This document shows, in pieces, positions 9,501-18,191 of a stretch of DNA of 36,976 nt (its first letter is position 1; the number at the start of each line of letters is the position of its first letter). The DNA comes from a virus (Duplodnaviria > Caudoviricetes), in the IMG/VR virus record IMGVR_UViG_3300029822_000556, positions 1-36,976 of that record. The stretch is one strand, 5' to 3'. Below the pieces are notes generated by a model, which was not told where the DNA came from, ran no database searches, and worked only from the letters and a program-made list of their open reading frames with translations. Made by a program: the position numbers and the translations under genes.

Positions 9501-9929
9501 TTATAAATACACTTTACCTTTAACTCCTTTTGGTTTTTTGGTATTTTTTGGTAGTTGATTATAAGAACAGTATAAATCACCCTTAACAGTTAGATTATCA
9601 GGTAGTTCAGTTAGTTGATTATAAGAACAGTATAAATAACCATTAACAGTTAAATTATCAGGTAGTTTGGTTAGTTGATTACTAGAACAGTCTAAACTAC
9701 CTTGAACAGTTAGATTATCAGGTAGTTTGGTTAGTTGATTATAAGAACATTTTAAATCACCATTAACAGTTAGATTATCAGGTAATAATTCATACGGTAG
9801 ATTATATTTAATTATTTTTATAATTCTATCATAATCAGATAATTTTTCTAACTCTTTTAAAATATTTTCATCACTTTTAGGTTTTAAAAGATGTTTTATA
9901 GATTCGTTATATGTTTTTAAATATCTCAT
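9501..9929 (-). CDS. Tag-A protein with leucine-rich repeats
   Basis: MRYLKTYNESIKHLLKPKS followed by four 20-aa repeats LPDNLTVxGxLxCSxNQLxx. Confidence 0.85.
   Translation of the reverse strand: MRYLKTYNESIKHLLKPKSDENILKELEKLSDYDRIIKIIKYNLPYELLPDNLTVNGDLKCSYNQLTKLPDNLTVQGSLDCSSNQLTKLPDNLTVNGYLYCSYNQLTELPDNLTVKGDLYCSYNQLPKNTKKPKGVKGKVYL
9549..9785 (-). repeat. Four tandem 60-bp coding repeats (LRR units)
   Basis: Near-identical 60-nt units can be seen in register at 9601, 9661 and 9721. Confidence 0.9.
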
Positions 9930-9950
9930 AAAATTTAATATATTTTTATG

Positions 9951-9961
9951 TATATATTAAA
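9951..9961 (-). promoter_or_regulatory. TTTAATATATA putative phage promoter
   Basis: Exact 11-mer ~21 nt upstream of the ATG at 9929. Confidence 0.55.
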
Positions 9962-10148
9962 TTTTAGATATTATTTTTTTAATCTTCTTAAATCTGTTCA
10001 TTAATAAATCAAATGATTGTTCGTTTTGAAGTAAAGACTCTAAGCTACATGATAGGTAAACAGATGCACTCTTTAAAGTTTCAAAAACCTTACCATCTGA
10101 TGTTAAATATACAACTTTATCGTTTTCATTTCTTTCTACCCAAATCAT
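9957..10148 (-). CDS. Small hypothetical protein
   Basis: 63-aa ORF co-oriented with and 6 nt downstream of the RNase H gene. Confidence 0.5.
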   Translation of the reverse strand: MIWVERNENDKVVYLTSDGKVFETLKSASVYLSCSLESLLQNEQSFDLLMNRFKKIKKIISKI

Positions 10149-10154
10149 TAAATA

Positions 10155-11123
10155 TTAATAAATTTTTACTGTATTCTTTATATTTTCATACAAATCTTTT
10201 GGTAAATATTTTTCAGATAACATTATTAATTGTCTATTTCTTAATATTTTATTTTTAATATCTTTCTTAATGTCGTCATCTTTAATTTTCTTATTAAATG
10301 CAACAACATCGACCATTTTATCAATTATATCATTTGAATGAAAATCGATATAATCATCATTTGTTTCTTTATATAGTTTATATATTGATTCAGCACCAGT
10401 TAAACCTATACCTCTATCATTTTTTATATAAACTGATGATACATTATCCTTTTTATCACCTGATATTATTTTACTAAATAGTGATTTTTCGTGATTAACT
10501 TCGGTTATTTTGGTTTTTGTTTTAAGATATTGTAAAAATTCTAAGAATTCTGTATCTTCATTCATATCAAATAGATTAGTTTTGGATCTACCATACATTT
10601 CTTCAATAAAAATGTTATAATTTTCGGGAAAGTATGTTTTTTCATCAGATAATCTATAATTATAAATTAAATTAATATATTCTAATCCTAAATCAAATTT
10701 CAATAATTGTTGAAAGTCATTATCAGATGCCATCAATATATTACTATAACCTTTTTTATTACTTTCGTTGGTTATGTATGCGATAAGATCATCACCTTCT
10801 GCCCAATCTACTTCATAAAAATGAATATTATTTCTTTGTTTTAACTCTAATTTTAATTCATCAAATATTTCATAAACATCTGTCCAATCTATATTTTCGT
10901 GAGGTGTTCTTTCTGATTTATAATCTTCATATATTTCAGATCTCCATCTCATTTTAGAATCAGAAACAAAATACACGTGATCAAAATTGTGCATTTTTGA
11001 TAATCTATCAATATCTTTTCTTAATAGAATAGGTAGATCAGAATATAGTGTTTTTTCACTAAAAAGAATAAATACATCTTTGTGTAGTAAATAATTGCCA
11101 TCTATTATTAAGTTTGTTTTCAT
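10155..11123 (-). CDS. rnh: T4 RNase H-like 5'-3' exonuclease / flap endonuclease
   Basis: LIIDGN, WRSEIYEDYKSER, EGDDLIA, ASDNDFQQL, ISGDKKDNV. Confidence 0.88.
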   Translation of the reverse strand: MKTNLIIDGNYLLHKDVFILFSEKTLYSDLPILLRKDIDRLSKMHNFDHVYFVSDSKMRWRSEIYEDYKSERTPHENIDWTDVYEIFDELKLELKQRNNIHFYEVDWAEGDDLIAYITNESNKKGYSNILMASDNDFQQLLKFDLGLEYINLIYNYRLSDEKTYFPENYNIFIEEMYGRSKTNLFDMNEDTEFLEFLQYLKTKTKITEVNHEKSLFSKIISGDKKDNVSSVYIKNDRGIGLTGAESIYKLYKETNDDYIDFHSNDIIDKMVDVVAFNKKIKDDDIKKDIKNKILRNRQLIMLSEKYLPKDLYENIKNTVKIY

Positions 11124-11767
11124 TGTTTTATTAATTTTTTAATTTTTTGTTCTCTTATATATGATATAGTTTTATCATATTCAACAGATCCTTTAAATGC
11201 GGATATATCATAAAGTAATTCATCTTTCGAATTGTTAACATATACATTGTATATATATTTTATATCATTTTGATCCTTAATTTTTTCAAATGTTTGAAAT
11301 TTATAAACATAATAATCCCTTTCCATCCAGTTACCTGCTGATTTTTTAAACCATTCATATTTATCATATTCTGGGAAAAATGTATCACAATCATATTTAC
11401 CTGCAACTCTAGTTATGTACATTGTATCACAATGATTCATGAATTGTTTATAAATAGAAGATCCACCAATAATAAAACAATCATTATCTTTGAATTTTGT
11501 TAAAATATCATTAATGTTATCATATACGATAGCTCCTTCTTTTTCTATGATTTCTTTTCTGTATTTATTAGAAGTTAGAACAACGTTTTTTCTATATTTA
11601 AGAGGTCTATTAGGTAGTGAAAAATAAGTATTAGAACCCATTATAACAGTTTTATTAAGGGTTTTATTTTTAAAATGTTGTAAGTCTTGTTTTATGTGCC
11701 ATGGTAGTTTATTATCTTTACCTATTCCACCATGTAAATCTGTTGCAACAATTATAGAAAAGGGCAT
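11120..11767 (-). CDS. folA: Dihydrofolate reductase with a ~50-aa C-terminal extension
   Basis: IIVA...GGIGKDNKLPWHIKQDLQHFK..T, VIMGSNT, RPLKYRKNVVLT, FIIGGSSIY, CDTFFP. Confidence 0.95.
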   Translation of the reverse strand: MPFSIIVATDLHGGIGKDNKLPWHIKQDLQHFKNKTLNKTVIMGSNTYFSLPNRPLKYRKNVVLTSNKYRKEIIEKEGAIVYDNINDILTKFKDNDCFIIGGSSIYKQFMNHCDTMYITRVAGKYDCDTFFPEYDKYEWFKKSAGNWMERDYYVYKFQTFEKIKDQNDIKYIYNVYVNNSKDELLYDISAFKGSVEYDKTISYIREQKIKKLIKQ

Positions 11768-11788
11768 AAATGTTTTTATTTAAATATA

Positions 11789-12742
11789 TTATAAATATGA
11801 TAAATTGTTTGTTTTGAAATAATTTTTTAATAATTTTTCTATTTTAATCGCATTGTCTCCGTATATGTTTTGAACATCTATATTGTCTAATAATGATAAT
11901 ATATCATCTCTGGATAAATCGATTTTATATTTAAGTAACTCTTGGACATATTCATATTTACCATAATATACTGATAGTTCTAATATATTTTGTTCCCAAA
12001 GATCTCTTGTTTCTTTAATATCTGCACCTTTTTCTAGTAAAAATTTAAATACTTCAAATGAATTATTATGAAAACTATCTATTAATGGTGTATAATCTTC
12101 AGTATCATATCCGTTTATATTTGCTCCTTCTTCTATTGCTTCTTTTGCTAACCATAATATATTATTTTTACATGCATGATATAATTTTTCTTGTGGTGAT
12201 AAGTTTTTAACTGTTTTTTTAATATCTTCTTCTGATTTTGGTTTAAGAAGATGTTTAATTGATTCGTTAGTTGATATATATTTTTCTTTATTTTCACTAT
12301 TTAATGAATTTAAAACTCTTTCATCTTTTAATAAATAATTAACTAATTCTAAATTATTATTAATATGTGATGTTTTTATACATTCATTATTATATGATGA
12401 TGGATCGGCTCCTAATTTAATTAATTTTTTAATAACGTTCATATTGCCGATATTACAGGCTATTGTCAAACCATAATTTAACATTGATTTTTTAATAATA
12501 TAATTGTTTAATATGTAATTAATAATATTGGTAGAATCATTATCTATTGACATTAATAAATAATGTTCAATCTGTGAATTTTTTAAATTTTTAAAAACAT
12601 CAGGTACCAAATCTATTATATCATATCTACAAATATTATTAATTAACTCTTCATCAACAATATTATATTTCCTTATATCTTTTTTTGGGTTTGATTTAAG
12701 AAGATGTCTAATTGATTCGTTATATGTTATTAAATATTTCAT
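11789..12742 (-). CDS. Two-module ankyrin-repeat protein with N-terminal and internal tag A
   Basis: Ankyrin-like LTIACNIGNMNVIKKLIKLGAD and TPLIDSFHNNSFEVFKFLLEKGAD; tags NESIRHLLK and NESIKHLLKPKS. Confidence 0.85.
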   Translation of the reverse strand: MKYLITYNESIRHLLKSNPKKDIRKYNIVDEELINNICRYDIIDLVPDVFKNLKNSQIEHYLLMSIDNDSTNIINYILNNYIIKKSMLNYGLTIACNIGNMNVIKKLIKLGADPSSYNNECIKTSHINNNLELVNYLLKDERVLNSLNSENKEKYISTNESIKHLLKPKSEEDIKKTVKNLSPQEKLYHACKNNILWLAKEAIEEGANINGYDTEDYTPLIDSFHNNSFEVFKFLLEKGADIKETRDLWEQNILELSVYYGKYEYVQELLKYKIDLSRDDILSLLDNIDVQNIYGDNAIKIEKLLKNYFKTNNLSYL

Positions 12743-12744
12743 AA

Positions 12745-13839
12745 TTAAAATGTTATTCCGTAATTTTTTTCAATTTTTTCTTTTTCTTCATTTGTTAATT
12801 TATTATATATTTTAGTCATTTCTTCAATAGAGAATAAACCACCTAATTCATCATGATAAAAAATATCAAAGTATAACATCCAATCTAATTTACTATAACT
12901 ATCTTTCATATCAATAATTATATCTTTTATTTCATTTTCATCGTATATATCTTCTAATTCATATTTATTAATTAATCTTAACATTTCTTCATCATCTTCT
13001 TTTGATATTATTTCTTTAATATCATTATTATTAAAAGTAGAATCTAGTTCATCTGAAAATCTAATTAAAATAGTATCTAAAACTTGATCAACATTTATAT
13101 TGTTTTTGTATATTATATCTTTAATATATTTTTGATCAAATAATCGTTCCAAATCAAATGTGTAAATCCATGATATTTGATCTAAATAGTCTCCCATTTT
13201 AACAATTTCTTTAATTTCTTCATCAGAAAATACATCATCATCCAATTCTAATTCACCTATAACTTCTAATCTACCTTCTGGATTTATTGTATTTATTAAT
13301 TCTTTAGCTTTTTCTTTACCTAATAATTCGAATAAATTATATTCTAAAAAATAAGTTACCTTATCTAATTCAGGCAATTTAAGGAAATTTTCAATTGATT
13401 TGTTTATTTGTTCTTCACTTTTAGGTTTTAATAAATGTCTAACTGATTCATTTAACATTTTATTTCTGTCTTCTTTTTCTGATTGAATATATTTATCTAA
13501 AAATGTATATACTTCTTTATTATTTAATCTTCTTGCTATACTATAACCTAATTTTAAAACATCATGAATATCATTATATTCAGTATCATTTTTTAATAAA
13601 TACTTAACTAACCACAATAAATTATGTTTACATGCTAATTTTAATTTTTTCCAATCATTTAAATATTCAATATCTTTTAAAATATCTTCATTTGTTAATA
13701 GATGACCTAAACCCAATTCTAACGCTTTATCAACTCTATCAATCCCTCTTATCTTTTCTAATTCTTTTCTCAATAATTCATCACTCTTTGGTTTCAAAAG
13801 ATGTTTTATTGATTCATTAAAATATTTAATATATTTCAT
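12745..13839 (-). CDS. Helical-repeat protein with N-terminal and internal tag A
   Basis: MKYIKYFNESIKHLLKPKS and internal LNESVRHLLKPKS. One ankyrin-like segment (LACKHNLLWLVKYLL) is followed by acidic repeats containing xExIKxII. Confidence 0.75.
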   Translation of the reverse strand: MKYIKYFNESIKHLLKPKSDELLRKELEKIRGIDRVDKALELGLGHLLTNEDILKDIEYLNDWKKLKLACKHNLLWLVKYLLKNDTEYNDIHDVLKLGYSIARRLNNKEVYTFLDKYIQSEKEDRNKMLNESVRHLLKPKSEEQINKSIENFLKLPELDKVTYFLEYNLFELLGKEKAKELINTINPEGRLEVIGELELDDDVFSDEEIKEIVKMGDYLDQISWIYTFDLERLFDQKYIKDIIYKNNINVDQVLDTILIRFSDELDSTFNNNDIKEIISKEDDEEMLRLINKYELEDIYDENEIKDIIIDMKDSYSKLDWMLYFDIFYHDELGGLFSIEEMTKIYNKLTNEEKEKIEKNYGITF

Positions 13840-14429
13840 TATTTTAAATTATATTCTAGTTTAAATTTAGTAATCAGATAATCAGTTATTAAATCATGTG
13901 TTCTTAAATTATCTAAATCTCCTAAACTAATTTTAACAGTTTTTGATTGTTTTTCTGATTCTGTTCCATCACCTGGTGCCTTAGTTAATTTAAAATCATT
14001 ATACCTTAATTCTAATAGACATATATGATATTTTGTACTATTTCCCTTACTAACGAATAAATGTTTATCAAAATTAATTTGATACATACTGGATAATACT
14101 ATACCAGCTTCTTCATATAATTCTCTTCTAACTGTATTTTCTATCTTTTCTCCTTTTTCTATTGTACCTGATATACAAGTCAAAAAATGTGTAATATTTT
14201 TATAATCATCTAAATTTCTATAATAATATTGATAAGTTGGTATTGGTTCATGTCTTAATAGAACATAACCTTCATCTCTTAAATATGGTAATATAATAAC
14301 CATATCAGATTCCTTTGTAAATTCATAATCTTTATATTGTACTACTTTAATATATCCATCATATACTATAGATGATTCACTTTTATTTTCTTTTGGTAAC
14401 TTATCTAACTTTGAGAATTTTGGTATCAT
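13839..14429 (-). CDS. Nudix hydrolase
   Basis: Nudix box GTIEKGEKIENTVRRELYEEAG. Confidence 0.9.
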   Translation of the reverse strand: MIPKFSKLDKLPKENKSESSIVYDGYIKVVQYKDYEFTKESDMVIILPYLRDEGYVLLRHEPIPTYQYYYRNLDDYKNITHFLTCISGTIEKGEKIENTVRRELYEEAGIVLSSMYQINFDKHLFVSKGNSTKYHICLLELRYNDFKLTKAPGDGTESEKQSKTVKISLGDLDNLRTHDLITDYLITKFKLEYNLK

Positions 14430-14452
14430 TATTTTAAATTTTATTTTGTTAT

Positions 14453-14463
14453 TATATATTAAA
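14453..14463 (-). promoter_or_regulatory. TTTAATATATA putative phage promoter
   Basis: Exact 11-mer ~23 nt upstream of the ATG at 14429, heading the Nudix/tag-A gene run. Confidence 0.55.
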
Positions 14464-14516
14464 TTTGTATCTTTGCTTTTGTATAAACTTACTTTAAAAT
14501 TTATAATATAAAATTT

Positions 14517-14990
14517 ATGGAAAATATGGATAATGATGAAATTATAAGAATTCTTGAAGGATATGCTAATGATTGGAAATCAACGAATATTAAAAATGAT
14601 AAAAACCCATTACGTTCATTAAAACAAAATGTAAAGTTTTATATTAATGACGAACTATTAAAAACAGATTTAAAATTTCATGATATTGATGATGATGTGA
14701 TGATATTTGAACATGGTAAGTATCATACTAAACAAATAGAACCACTTGAAATAATTTTGGATTTTATTAAAAATAAAACTAAAATTGATATCATTATAAA
14801 CCGTAATCTTTATAAGATATATCTAAAAGGGGTTATTTTTAAAGAAATTACAAATTTATTATCTAAAAGTTCTATGGATAAATTGATTGTTAAATTTATA
14901 TATGATAATATCCAATATGAAAATTGTCTTTTAACAAAAGAAGAAAAAAGAGCAATTCAAATAGATAGAATATTAAAAAAGGTAAAATAG
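14517..14990 (+). CDS. Hypothetical protein
   Basis: 157-aa ORF ending EKRAIQIDRILKKVK; TATCTTTG lies upstream at 14468. Confidence 0.6.
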   Translation: MENMDNDEIIRILEGYANDWKSTNIKNDKNPLRSLKQNVKFYINDELLKTDLKFHDIDDDVMIFEHGKYHTKQIEPLEIILDFIKNKTKIDIIINRNLYKIYLKGVIFKEITNLLSKSSMDKLIVKFIYDNIQYENCLLTKEEKRAIQIDRILKKVK

Positions 14991-14991
14991 A

Positions 14992-15306
14992 ATGATATTT
15001 AATAATATATTCGATATAAAAGATAGCATTCATAATAACTTGTCTAATTATTTAAAAGATAATATGCAAGATATAGATACAAACATGATTCTATCATTGT
15101 TGAGATCTTATCTACAAGAACTAAAATCCATAAAAGAAATAGATAAATATATCGCTTTTTTAGATGAAGGTGAAATTGTTGTTAATATTAGTAAAAATAA
15201 TGAAATTGATGTTTTTAGTATTGATATTAATACAGAAATAAGAAAAATAAAAATAAATAAAATAAAAAATATTGATAATAAAAATATTAATTTTTTTATA
15301 ATATAA
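14992..15306 (+). CDS. Hypothetical protein
   Basis: 104-aa ORF abutting the upstream gene; EIRKIKINKI near the C-terminus. Confidence 0.6.
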   Translation: MIFNNIFDIKDSIHNNLSNYLKDNMQDIDTNMILSLLRSYLQELKSIKEIDKYIAFLDEGEIVVNISKNNEIDVFSIDINTEIRKIKINKIKNIDNKNINFFII

Positions 15307-15337
15307 TTTGTTTTTATTAATTTTATAATTAACTTTG
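15307..15337 (+). promoter_or_regulatory. Bacteroidota primary-sigma promoter
   Basis: TTTG (15307-15310)-N19-TAACTTTG (15330-15337), 17 nt before the ATG at 15355. Confidence 0.65.
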
Positions 15338-15354
15338 TATATTAAACATATTAC

Positions 15355-15837
15355 ATGAGAATATTAAATAAAATATCAGATAAAATGATATGGGTAGCGT
15401 GTTTACTTATAGATATTTTGTTTGAGTTAGAATATATATTAGTCGCTTATATTATTCCATTTTTTGATAAAATATTTAAATCCAAATTATTTAAGTATTT
15501 TAAAAAAATATTAATAGATTTATTTTTATTAACATTTATAGTTATTTCAATTACATTTATGTATGAAAATTCAAATGATGATTCATATGGTATATTAATG
15601 TTTTTTGTAGTTATATCTGGTTTAATTTTACTTATTAGATATTTTAATAAAATTGACAATAAATATTATGAACATGATAAAAATATTATAGACAATAGAT
15701 TTAATTTTTACGATGATAATAAATATTATCAAAATAGAATTAATAGAAAACAAATAGTTGAAAATGGTGGATTAACAGATAAAGAAATATCCGATAGAAA
15801 AAAGAAAATAAGGAAAAATTTAGAAAAATATGTATGA
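15355..15837 (+). CDS. Hypothetical membrane protein (~3 TM segments)
   Basis: Three hydrophobic stretches followed by a polar tail. Confidence 0.65.
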   Translation: MRILNKISDKMIWVACLLIDILFELEYILVAYIIPFFDKIFKSKLFKYFKKILIDLFLLTFIVISITFMYENSNDDSYGILMFFVVISGLILLIRYFNKIDNKYYEHDKNIIDNRFNFYDDNKYYQNRINRKQIVENGGLTDKEISDRKKKIRKNLEKYV

Positions 15838-16142
15838 GTAAGTCGACATTTAAAAACATAAGTAAATTTAAAAATGTTGAAAAACAAATTGATTTAAAAT
15901 ATAATGATGATAAAGTATATCACCAGTATATTTTATATGTATATAACGGTGATAATGAAGATACAATTTTTGATGATTTAATTAGTTGTTTAGATAAAGT
16001 ACCATCAAAATATAAAGAATTAGAAAATTACATTTATAGTGATAAATGTTATATTTTAGAATTAAATTCATATATTATTAAAAATAATAATGTAACAGTC
16101 GTTAATAATTATAAAATTAAATTTGGACTAATATATAAATAA
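15834..16142 (+). CDS. Hypothetical protein
   Basis: ATGA overlap with the upstream stop. Confidence 0.55.
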   Translation: MSKSTFKNISKFKNVEKQIDLKYNDDKVYHQYILYVYNGDNEDTIFDDLISCLDKVPSKYKELENYIYSDKCYILELNSYIIKNNNVTVVNNYKIKFGLIYK

Positions 16143-16184
16143 ACATTATTTTGTATTAAATATATAAATTAAAAATATTAAGTT

Positions 16185-16472
16185 ATGAAAGTAAGAAATG
16201 GTTTTGTAAGTAATAGTAGTTCAAGTAGTTTTGTAATCCCTAAAGATAAATTAGGTGATTATGAAATCTTTGCTATTAAAAATCATATTGAATTAGCAAA
16301 TAAACATTATGTATATTATGATTTTGGTTGTATTGATTATGATGATGCATGGGGTATAAGTGATGATGATTATTATATAATGGGTAGTACTAGTATGGAT
16401 AATTTTGATATGCATGAATTCCTAACAAAATTTTTAAAAATACCAAAGGATATAATTAAATGGCAATATTAA
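16185..16472 (+). CDS. GFVSNSSSSSF-motif protein, copy 1
   Basis: Starts MKVRNGFVSNSSSSSFVI. Confidence 0.75.
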   Translation: MKVRNGFVSNSSSSSFVIPKDKLGDYEIFAIKNHIELANKHYVYYDFGCIDYDDAWGISDDDYYIMGSTSMDNFDMHEFLTKFLKIPKDIIKWQY

Positions 16473-16482
16473 ATATATAATT

Positions 16483-16782
16483 ATGGATAATAAAATTATT
16501 AAAATAGTAGAAGAAATTTTATTTTTAAAAGATATAATTGAAAATAGAATATCTAATTCTCAAAATGTTATGGAAATAAATGATCCTGAAATATTTATTT
16601 CGGAAACTGATTTTTTATCTAAAAGTAATACAAAAGTATTAAAATTATTAAATGATTTTATAAAAATTGAACCAAATCAAGAAATTAGATATTTATATTT
16701 TAAATTTGTAGAATCTTTACAAAATGAAAATTATATAAAGTGTAATGATTTAAAGAAAAAAATAATTGAATTAAGTAAATGA
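16483..16782 (+). CDS. Small helical protein with a UVR-like C-terminal motif
   Basis: Ends ENYIKCNDLKKKIIEL; paralog of the next gene. Confidence 0.55.
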   Translation: MDNKIIKIVEEILFLKDIIENRISNSQNVMEINDPEIFISETDFLSKSNTKVLKLLNDFIKIEPNQEIRYLYFKFVESLQNENYIKCNDLKKKIIELSK

Positions 16783-17048
16783 CAATTGAAGAAATAATTA
16801 ATAAAATAAAAGAATTAAATGAAATAAAAAGTAAGATAAAAATAGATGATGATACTGATTCATTAGGTATATCAATTAATACTATACAATCATTAAAAAT
16901 AATAGATGAAATTGAAAGATTAGCACCTGATAAGAAAATAAGAAAATTATTATACGAATATGTAAACTTTTTAAATAAAGAAAAATATCTAGTATGTGAT
17001 AATATATTAAAGGAAATTAAAAAACAATTAAATAGTAATGGACAATAA
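16779..17048 (+). CDS. Small helical protein with a UVR-like C-terminal motif
   Basis: Ends EKYLVCDNILKEIKKQL; ATGA-coupled to the previous gene. Confidence 0.55.
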   Translation: MTIEEIINKIKELNEIKSKIKIDDDTDSLGISINTIQSLKIIDEIERLAPDKKIRKLLYEYVNFLNKEKYLVCDNILKEIKKQLNSNGQ

Positions 17049-17250
17049 AAACTCCATAGAGGAACTTAATAATAAGATAAAAAATTTAAAAGATATTATA
17101 TCTGGTAAAGCTGATATTGATATCCCTTTACCAGAAGATATGCAAAAAATAATAGATGATGTTAAATCTGTTCTTACAGATGATACAATAAATAAATGTG
17201 TTGAAATTATTAAAAACACAAAAAATAATAACAATAAGGATGAAAATTAG
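17038..17250 (+). CDS. Small hypothetical protein
   Basis: 70-aa ORF overlapping both neighbours in an operon-like arrangement. Confidence 0.5.
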   Translation: MDNKNSIEELNNKIKNLKDIISGKADIDIPLPEDMQKIIDDVKSVLTDDTINKCVEIIKNTKNNNNKDEN

Positions 17251-17551
17251 AAGTGGATTTGTAAGCAATAGTAGTTCAAGTAGTTTTATTATAATTGGTT
17301 CCAATGTGGATAGTGTAGATAATTATGAAAAATATGATGGTTTAACTATTGATGGATATGAAATATCTACAATTTATACCGAATCTGAATATAATGAAGT
17401 TATAGGTGTTAAATTAGTTGATGATGAAGATTTTACAAGTTGGGATAGATTACCGATAGATAAAATTTTTGATATATCTCAGAAATTATCAGATAAATTT
17501 AATATTCCTTATGATAAAATAGAATTAATTTTTGGAATAAGACCAAGTTAG
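17240..17551 (+). CDS. GFVSNSSSSSF-motif protein, copy 2 (start corrected to ATG 17240)
   Basis: MKIRSGFVSNSSSSSFII; its start is homologous to the paralogs at 16185 and 17555. Confidence 0.75.
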   Translation: MKIRSGFVSNSSSSSFIIIGSNVDSVDNYEKYDGLTIDGYEISTIYTESEYNEVIGVKLVDDEDFTSWDRLPIDKIFDISQKLSDKFNIPYDKIELIFGIRPS

Positions 17552-17554
17552 AAT

Positions 17555-18187
17555 ATGAAAATTAGAAGTGGATTTGTAAGCAATAGTAGTTCAAGTAGTT
17601 TTATTATTAGAAAAAATATATTTCCTAATAATAAAACTGTTGCTCTTAGCATGGTAGATGATTATATAGAAACATATAAATCTGATTATGATGAAGATGA
17701 TTGGTTTATTAATAAATTTAAAATGTTTAAAGATTCATTAAATAATATAGATGATGATTGTAATATAATGTTTAATTCTACTAATTATGATACATTTATA
17801 ACTAATTTAGATGATAATTACATACATGTTGCAACCTGTAATAATATACAATGGGATGTTGAAAGTTATGCATGTGGTCAATTACCAGATGACTTATCAA
17901 ATAACATTAAAGAACATATAGAATTTTATAATTTAAATGAATCTTATTTAGATGATGGTAATTATGACAGTGATAAAAAAACAAGTAAATTATCACCATT
18001 TAGAAATATTAAATATTTTAAAATTGATTCTGGTTTTTTTATTAAAAAAACAAAACCTTATCAAAGTTGTAAAAAATGTTATCATGAATTATATATTGTA
18101 GGAAAAAGAAAATTATGCTTAAATTGTGATAATGATTATATACTAAGATCTTTAAAATTATCAAAAATTAAGAAAACTATGAAATAA
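17555..18187 (+). CDS. GFVSNSSSSSF-motif protein, copy 3, with a C-terminal zinc ribbon
   Basis: MKIRSGFVSNSSSSSFII, CKKC...CLNC, ends ILRSLKLSKIKK. Confidence 0.75.
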   Translation: MKIRSGFVSNSSSSSFIIRKNIFPNNKTVALSMVDDYIETYKSDYDEDDWFINKFKMFKDSLNNIDDDCNIMFNSTNYDTFITNLDDNYIHVATCNNIQWDVESYACGQLPDDLSNNIKEHIEFYNLNESYLDDGNYDSDKKTSKLSPFRNIKYFKIDSGFFIKKTKPYQSCKKCYHELYIVGKRKLCLNCDNDYILRSLKLSKIKKTMK

Positions 18188-18191
18188 AAAA

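Noticed and set aside
9488-9580. N-terminal extension of ORF 9245..9580
   Set aside because: It overlaps the LRR gene, and the paralogous MKYLITY start at 9487 is more plausible.
9549-9785. 60-bp periodic repeats as a CRISPR array or DGR template/variable pair
   Set aside because: There are no unique spacers, the units are in-frame LRR codons, and no cas or reverse transcriptase gene is present in the window.
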